DNA of 64,000 bases, from NCBI GenBank assembly GCA_951406725.2, contig OX597825.1, forward strand, positions 39,184,001 through 39,248,000, read 5' to 3'. This DNA is from Octopus vulgaris (taxonomy: Eukaryota). The first letter of the stretch is position 1. Each line of letters opens with the position of its first letter. The translations under genes were made by a program, and so were the position numbers. Positions 56,123 through 64,000 of the stretch are shown here, piece by piece. A model generated the notes under the pieces. The model worked only from the letters and a program-made list of their open reading frames with translations, was not told the origin of the DNA and ran no database searches.

Positions 56123-59100
56123 TGGCGTTGTAAATCTATCCTCCTCACTAAGCAAGTTTAGTGGGGAGGATGGATTTTCGACACCATGCGGGATTAAAAA
56201 CAAAAACCGGCACTACCAATAGAAACAAACGCAAAATGTGTGGTGGTTCATCGTTAGCGAATGCCTGAAATTGGCACAACGCGAGAACAAACGAGGCCAT
56301 GACAAAGTGGCAAGAATGATCCATTGGGGACTCTGTGGAAATCATGGCCTAAACGAGCAAAGAACTGGTTTGAGCAAACCCCAAGAGTCACTGAAAATAA
56401 AAATTGCAAATTCCACTCGGGTATAATGATCCAGTGCGATCACCGGACCAGAAATAGGAAACTGGACATTGTTGTGGTAAATAAAAAAAGAAAGAACATG
56501 TATGATAATCAGCATACCATGTCTTGGTGACAACATGATCAATGTGAAAGAAGAAAAAATAAACCGGTAAAGGAACATAGAAAGTCAATGGCCATTCCGA
56601 AAACGGGTAGACCTAGCCTTGGTTGGCAGTCTATCTAGGAGAAGAACGGTCTGATTTCAAAACTGGGATAGACAGTCACAGTGGTGACAACCTGTCAGTG
56701 TCCAATGGCTCGATTCCTGGGATGAAGGCGAATGAATCGCAAATCGTGACTTAACTCCGGAGCAATATTTGGATGCGGGACCAACTGACGTACACCTATC
56801 TCCTAGTGAGAATCAGGATCATGGTCCCCAACACACAGATGTGTGAAGAGAATTGGCTCAACTTTTGGGTAGTAAGAGCTCTGCAGTCTTGGTTGACTCC
56901 TTCGCCAAGCCAACAGGAGAGGTTTCAGAAAAGGCGAGTGCACCAGGCAGGCTGTACTCGTTAGCCTTGAGTGGCAAGCAGCCTCAGAAAAGAAACGCTC
57001 TATGTCCATAACTAAGGGAGCAAGGACCCTGCCGCCTTGGTGGACTACCGTCATGGAGATAGAGACTATCTTGATAGAGATGGCGGCGGACTACCTTGAT
57101 AGAAGTAAAAATACAGTGGATGCGAATGGCCTGTCTGTCAAAGGGTACAGAAAACGAATGCACAGTGAAAGGGAGGCAATAGAACTGCTCGAAATTACTG
57201 AACAGAGATTATGTGACCATGCAAGAGCAATACGAAAGAATGGGTGGTTAACAGAATTGGAGCTAGAAGTTATAAAAAGAAGGACATCGGGTGAGTTTGG
57301 GCGTGGGAGAAATGAAAGAGAACAAATGTTCCCCAAAATAGAAGAACGTGAATTGTGAAGGAATTGAGATCAGTGACTACTCAAATAATGAATATCGATT
57401 AAGAATAGACAGAATTTTGGATCTATTAAATAGAGAAGAGACAGAGTTAGTGTGCAACTTTAAAAAGTCCGACTTTAAGAGACGAATAAAATCAATATTG
57501 TACTGAGACACATTGAAACAAAGAGCATCACACAAGCAAATAATCTTATCAAGGCTGCTAGTAGGATTGTGGCGGAAAGGATGGGATTGAGAACTACTGA
57601 GAATAGAAGACGGATAGTAGAGGAAATAAACAGCCGTGGTGGAAAAAGAGAATTTCTGAAGATATAGACTCCTCGAACAGTGTAGTGTCAATACTTGATA
57701 GGAAAAGAAATGGAGAACAATAAGAATGAATGGAAATTCGAAAAAGTTAGAAAGAATTATGGTGTAAATTAAAAAGGCCTGAATGTTTTAACTGAAGAAC
57801 TGAAGCAGCCCATAGAAGCAAAAATGAGCAAAGCTAACAAGGTTTGAACAATAGATTAAGCAATTCCAGCAAAAAGAAAAAAAATGTTTAGAACCGACCA
57901 AATAAGATTGTATCAAGAGATTAATGCCGATAAAACAGTGAAAGGTTACTCCCTGATGCTGATGAAAGTCGACATTTTGGTGGCAAGATATGGAGTAAGC
58001 AAGAGCAACATAATACTACCACTGTATGGCTTTGCAGTCAGAAGCAAACAGGGTTCTCTCCTTAGCAAGAGTCTATCTACTTCACAGACGACAGTATTAG
58101 AAATATGAGTAAAAAGATAAGCAATTGAAAAGCAATAGGACCTGATGGTGTAAAGGATTTTGGAGAAAGAAGTTCAGTAGTTGTCATGAATTGATCGCAA
58201 AAGAATCTAATGCATGGATCAATAGATGGTATATAAAAATGCCGTGGAGCCACTGTTGAGAAACTCAAAGAAGGCAGGCGTCATCAAAACTGAAAATTGT
58301 GTAACTAAAGAAAACTTTAAACAAGAATTGACCAAAGAAAGGAAAAAGCAGGGACGGAAAAAAACTGTACTCTCAGTTAGCAATAGAATTGAACGCCAAG
58401 ACATATACAGAGGACCGGTGGCTTTGGATGAGGAGGAGTGACCTAAAAAAAAGAGACAAAAGCACTCATATGCGCAACCAATTATATGAACCAATTATAT
58501 GAAGTGCAGTATTGACAACACTACCAATAGCAACAAACGCAAAGTGTGTGGTGAGAGGGCTTAAACGGTATGGCTCATTGTTAGCGAATGCCTGAAATTG
58601 GCACGATGCGAATACAAACGAGGCCATGTCAAAGTGGCAAGAATGATCTATTGGGAACTCTGTGGAAATCACGGCCTAAAACGAGCAAAGACGTGGTTTG
58701 AGCAAACCCCAAGAGTCACTGAAAATAAAAATTGCAAATTCCACTCGGGTATAATGATCCAATGCGATCACCGGACCAGTAATAGGAAACTGGACATTGT
58801 TGTGGTAAATAAAAAGGAAAGAACATGTATGATAATCAGCATACCATGTCTTGGTGACAACATGATCAATGTGAAAGAAGAAAAAATAAAGAATTATGAA
58901 GATTTTTAGTGGGAAGCACGAAGGTTGAAGTTACTGAAGAGAGTAGATGTGATACCAATAGTAACTGGTGTACTTGGAGTTATCAACACTCACTACCAAC
59001 ATGACTGAAAAAGATCGGTGCAAATATGAAGATAGAACACCTAGAAAAGTCTGCATTGCTTTGGAGTGCAAGAATTTTTCACGGGGTTCTTGAAGCATGG

Positions 59101-59130
59101 CCCCCTAAATAAGTGTCACCATTACGCACA
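56123..59130 (+). mobile_element. RLE LINE family C with structured 5' UTR and RT domain deleted
   Basis: [24 protein letters not shown] (R4/Dong N-terminus) and GPDGV, then a jump to a post-RT region; IVSECLKLA..YKRGH.KVA, KLDIVVV, HLEKSALL. Confidence 0.8.
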
Positions 59131-60204
59131 AAGATGACAATATTTTAACCGCGAAACATATAATATTGTGTAAAAATTCACGAGTTACTAAATATGATTT
59201 ATATACAATAATCAACTAGATACTGAATTATGTAGTAAATGTTACAAGTAAAATATTAGCTATATTTAAGAAGTTATGTGATCAAAATGTAGGGAAACGA
59301 AGTCCTTATGTATATGTAACATCTGAAATCGACTTGGCAGTTCAAAAGTAAAGCAGACAACAAGCAGTTTTCATTCCCAGTTCTCTACAACATTGGTTCC
59401 CATCATGGACTTGAGCCGATGTGGAAACACCGATCACTTCCATTATGTTGCTATCTTGCAACTACCAGATTTTTTTATATAAAATGTGAAGGCCAACTCA
59501 TCTGATGTGGCGTCCGACATGGTTAGTGTATTTTTCGACGACATATCATATGATGCTGACACGGCTCTCTTACGTTTGGATCTGAATTTTCGTAAGCATG
59601 TCTATGTTTCTACAACAAGGATTCAGTAGATGCAAACGCAACAGGTGCTTACGCACTCAGTAGAGCGAGTTGTGACTGAAAACGTTTCCGTGTGTTCGAT
59701 ATTAGTCTGTCCCGAGTAGTTATGGTGGTATGCTGAGGCGATCGCAAAAGAGAAAGTAAAAGGACGTACAATTATAAATGTTTATGAATTACGAATCTTT
59801 AACTAAAAAGAGAAAAACAATCCACTAAATATGAAATGCTGATATGTGGGCGATATTAAGTATTCTCTCTCGCTCTCTCTCTCTTGGCGAGCTAATCGTA
59901 AGAATTGCTCTACAAAAAATCTGTATAACTGTATAATGTTGGTTGATTTTCGCAAGACTTTTTGTAGAGAATGTGCGTGACAACTCACTGAACTGGACTA
60001 TTAATAACATTATACTCGATACGCTTTAACAACCACAGACACACATTCTCTCATTCACAGCCAACTAAATCTGCCGTTTTCCTTTGTAAACAGCGAATAA
60101 CTTTGCTGTACATTCAGATTTTCTTTAAGCTGGTATTAAACAATTAATGACACACTAAGATGCGATTATTAATATAAAGCCGAGTACATTTATATTTTGT
60201 GTTC

Positions 60205-60617
60205 ATAGGTAGAGGTGTGACTATGTGGTAAGAAGCTTGCTTCCCAATCACATGGTACCGGGTTCAGTCCCACATTGTAACACCGTGGGCAAGTGTGTCC
60301 TACTATAGACCGGGACCGACTAAAACCTGGTGAGTGGACTTGGTAGACAGAATTTGAAAAAACCCTGTCGTATATATGTATATATATATATGTGTGTGTG
60401 TGTTTGTGTGTGTTTGTGTGTGTATCGTTGAAAGTATTTATTCCCCAAGCACCGCTTGGTGTTGTTGTGTTTGCTTCCCGTAACTTTAGCAAAAGATACC
60501 GATAATATAAGTACCAGACTTTAGAAAATAAATACTGGGATCGATACGTTCGACTAACAATTCTTTAAGGCAGTTCTCCAGCATGATCGCAGTTTAATGG
60601 ATGAAAAAAATAAAAGG
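60205..60617 (+). mobile_element. SINE family 1, full length
   Basis: gtgtgactatgtggtaagaagcttgcttcccaatcacatggtaccgggttcagtccc...ctccagcatgatcgcag...aataaaag. Confidence 0.88.
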
Positions 60618-60639
60618 AAACATGTTCAACCAGACTCAA

Positions 60640-61200
60640 AAAGAGCTTAAATGCAGTAGCTATCTTTAGAAAAATCAACAGCAAAAAAGAAAACACATCC
60701 TTGCTGACTTGTATAAAACCATAGCGAGCTGGCTATGACAGATGCCAGCGGGCTGTTGAACACAAGCTGAAAGTGCTCCGAATCATCATCAAATAGAAAC
60801 ACAGGATCAGTTTCAAAGGTCACTAAGAAGAGTTGCACTTATATGTACTTGATGAATCATTATGACAAATAAACACGTGTCCTACATTTCGATAAAGTTC
60901 TTCATAGATCAGTTTGTTGTTTTCCAACAATTCCCATGTCAAAAAGTTCTCTCCCCAAAGCAATAACGAAAATGACTTTAATTAAATGTGAGAACGCTCA
61001 TGAATATGTTGAATATAAGACTGCATAATTTTATTTCATTCACTACACCGTAGATTGTCTTTACTTAATTAAGCTAGGTACTTCTCTGAATACTTAAATT
61101 ATCGACTCCACAGAGATATATTGCAACTCATCTGTAACGCAGGAATTGAACCAGAAACCTTACAAGAAAATGTGAATGTGTGATTCCGACGAATTTAATT
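60640..61200 (-). pseudogene. Decayed class B-like GPCR TM3-TM7 remnant
   Basis: ORF 60647-60838 ...SSLWFYTSQQGCVFFFAVDFSK resembles the class B TM7 motif S.QG..IF. Upstream: KFVGITHSHFLVRF (TM3-like) and YSTYS*AFS (TM4-like). Confidence 0.45.
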
Positions 61201-62795
61201 ATGAAGTAAGCATATCATATTATGTAAAGTTTCAAATATCTATGTAATGAAAACTCCACTGTAACTTAGTAATTTATATAAAGAGTTTTAGTTGGTTAAT
61301 ATAAATAAATATGATAAATATGATTAACTCAACGTATTAACTCTCATTTGAAAGCATAAAAATACTCAACGTTTAATACGCTGATATATAAATTACACTG
61401 TTTATAAATGATATTTTGAAATGAAATTATAATTAACTAAAAAATATCACCAAAAATATAATATTTTCAATAATGGGCAAATTAGTGCGACGTCAAATTT
61501 AAATTACTAACATGTTTTTACATTATATTTCTAATTAAAAATATGTAAAATATTCAGATAAGATTTGTCAGTCACGAAATTATATGAAACGTAATTTCAA
61601 AACTATTTCTGAGATTGTCTGCTTTAAGATGGATTAATCGTCGTTAACAGACATATTGGTTATTAATGGTTTCCCTGGCGCATCAATAGAGAGTTTAATG
61701 GGAGTGAATGGTTGTTGATATCACCTAATCTAGCTGGTAGTTTACGGTATTGACAATGAATACATAAATAATTAATCTGATTCTAGTTGGGATTAAAAAC
61801 TAGGTCGGTTAGAGTCAAAGTAATACTGTATGGCCTTTTGTCTGACACGTTAACGATTCTATCATTTCCCTACCCCCATAGCAATTATTGAGCTACAGTA
61901 TATCTTAGGCATAACGAAAACTATATCAGCTGTTTATAGGATTAAATTGTATACACGCAATGTGTAAAAGGAAGTATAGTTGTCGAGGTTTATCTTATTT
62001 GACAATAAATTTCACCTTCATACTCTACAAGTTAATGAAATATAATGAACACAGATTAGGTCCATGTATTGTTACCGTTTAACTCTTTCAAACTTGAACT
62101 AAAACTTAGTTGGAATGAGAAAGCTTGCAATATATCGCCAGATATCTAATTATTTCCGAAATATCAAATTCAAGCTTAAATCGTAAATATAAACCAAGCG
62201 TAGTGTTTATAATCGCCCACAACTTCCCAACAACATGTTTCTGCGTACCACCTTGAGCAAGTACTTTCTACAACAGTACTATAGCCACAGAAATATTACC
62301 AAACAATCCAAAATATTTCATTGATAATGTAATATTAAATTTCACTGAATAAATGTGTCAAACAACTTTTGAAAGAGGCAAGCTCAGGTACACCACTCAA
62401 GCTTGGTTATTCAAATCTTCGATAGATCATATTTGATCCCAAATCTAAGGGGTGAATTATAAATTCATAACCGTATTGTTTGTATTCGTCCAGCATTATT
62501 TCCTTCTAAGTTATTCTATAGGAAATTACAATGTTTAGTATTTTAATGACGCGCTTCATAAAATGTTACTCGACATACATGACATTGTTAAAATATCAAG
62601 ACACTTCAACAGACAAGCGATATTATCACTAACTGGCAGATAATTGGACAAAGGCGGAGTATTAAATCTAGTTGTGCAGCTTTCAAAATTTCACAGATTT
62701 TTGATATTCATTGAAAAGTCATTTCAAATTCAGACACATTGTCGATAGCATAAAAATATTCAGTGATAATAATGATGATGATGATGATGATGGTA

Positions 62796-62911
<116 letters not shown>

Positions 62912-62929
62912 AACGATATCAAATTTTTT

Positions 62930-63075
62930 GCCATATGGGCAGCTAGAGGGAGGAGTTTCTGTCGATTACATCGAACACAGTGCGTAACCAGTACTTATAT
63001 AATCTACCTCAAAAGGATGAAAGGCAAAGTCGACCTCGGCGGAATTTGAACTCAGAACGTAATGACGGGCGAAAT
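62930..63075 (-). mobile_element. SINE family 2
   Basis: gtcgattacatcg...aaaggatgaaaggcaaagtcgacctcggcggaatttgaactcagaacg. Confidence 0.85.
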
Positions 63076-63099
63076 AAACATCCCCTTCTAAATCATAGT

Positions 63100-64000
63100 A
63101 ATGGAATGACCTAATCTAACAATAGCAACATCAAACGAGGTATCTTTCCAGGTGACCCCTTCCTCTCCCCAATTGTCTTTAGTATAGCACCGATCCTACT
63201 CTGAAACGAATTGCATAATATCAGGTATGTATTCAAAGTTTAGAATACAACAATAAGCCATCTGCTTGGTATGGACTATCTGAAGCTGTTTGCTAGAAAC
63301 GACGAAGAGCTGACAAATGTTAAAGAGTTCAGTAATGACATCGAGATGGATTTTGACCTACATAAATGTGTCAAACAACTTTTGAAAGAGGCAAGCTCAG
63401 GTACACAGCTTCCTGTAAATAAGATAACGACTCTACATTCAAGGAGCTTGACCTACAAGAAAATTACAAATACTGGGTGTAAACAAAGGAAATGGTATAC
63501 AGCATGTTACTATGAAGGAAAAATTAAGAAAAGAGATTTACTGGAGAGTAAGAATCATACTAAAAACTGAACACAACTCGAAAAATAGCATGGAAGGCAT
63601 TAACATCCGGACAATTCCTGTAGTCTTATATAGTTTTAACATTATTAACTGAAGTCTTTCTGTACTTCAACGCCTGGCCAGGAAGACAAGAAAACTACTA
63701 ACTTCTAAGAATATACACTACTTAAAAGCAGTACTAAAGACTGAACTTGTATGCAAACTCGAAAGCAGCAAAAAATCACATTCTACAGTCAAGGAAGTTT
63801 GCAAATTTGCAAGGGAACTTAACATTAACTCTGAAGTAGTTGATGAGCCTGAAACCACTTGCCCTAAAATAAGGAAAACGGATCGAGCAGAATTCAAAAA
63901 AGAACGGAAAGAAACAAATTGAGGCGCAGTGGAGGCAGACGACTCTGCATGGATAGTATATACTTCGAAGCCGAAATGCTGATGTAGAGCAAGCAACAAC
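63100..64000 (+). mobile_element. Decayed R4-like RLE LINE RT/thumb fragment running off the window
   Basis: IKRGIF.GD, MDYLKLFARNDEEL, MDFDLHKC, YKYW/LG, IPVVLYSFNII, RKTRKLL. Confidence 0.85.

Noticed and set aside
56590-56741. HDV-like ribozyme hint (GGCCATT/AATGGCT with G-U, cgattc/gaatcg, GGCGAAT)
   Set aside because: The elements are not in the nested double-pseudoknot order, and P3/L3 cannot be found. At best a deleted remnant.
59300-60000. Possible exon or coding remnant with more balanced composition
   Set aside because: No recognisable domain or convincing frame by eye; needs BLASTX.
60205-60290. tRNA gene
   Set aside because: tRNA-like SINE head continuing into SINE body; no clean cloverleaf.

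Overview
AT-rich, microsatellite-dense eukaryotic DNA. The two tRNA-derived SINE families and the repeat landscape suggest an Octopus-like cephalopod (inference from recalled repeat consensus; no search was run). I find no intact host gene. Most listed ORFs are microsatellite artefacts or transposon fragments. The window holds a nest of R4/Dong-type restriction-like-endonuclease (RLE) LINEs inserted at (TAA)n tracts, two DD34D mariner copies in divergent orientation, a DD37D (maT) element, RTE, L1/Tx1-like and Penelope (GIY-YIG) remnants, two long-TIR foldback MITEs and many SINEs. Highlights: (1) a ~390-bp foldback/TIR element with a type I hammerhead ribozyme motif at the apex of the hairpin (31072-31115); (2) a G3-C8 compensatory hammerhead variant on the minus strand (14905-14949), plus two decayed hammerheads; (3) five copies of a ~555-bp non-tRNA, (TAA)n-targeted SINE-like element forming inverted and tandem arrays; (4) about five heavily decayed pieces resembling Methuselah/adhesion-type class B GPCRs, which the ORF track misses; (5) a foldback element with telomere-like repeats at its centre and an 8-9-bp target-site duplication (TSD). 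All calls were made by eye.
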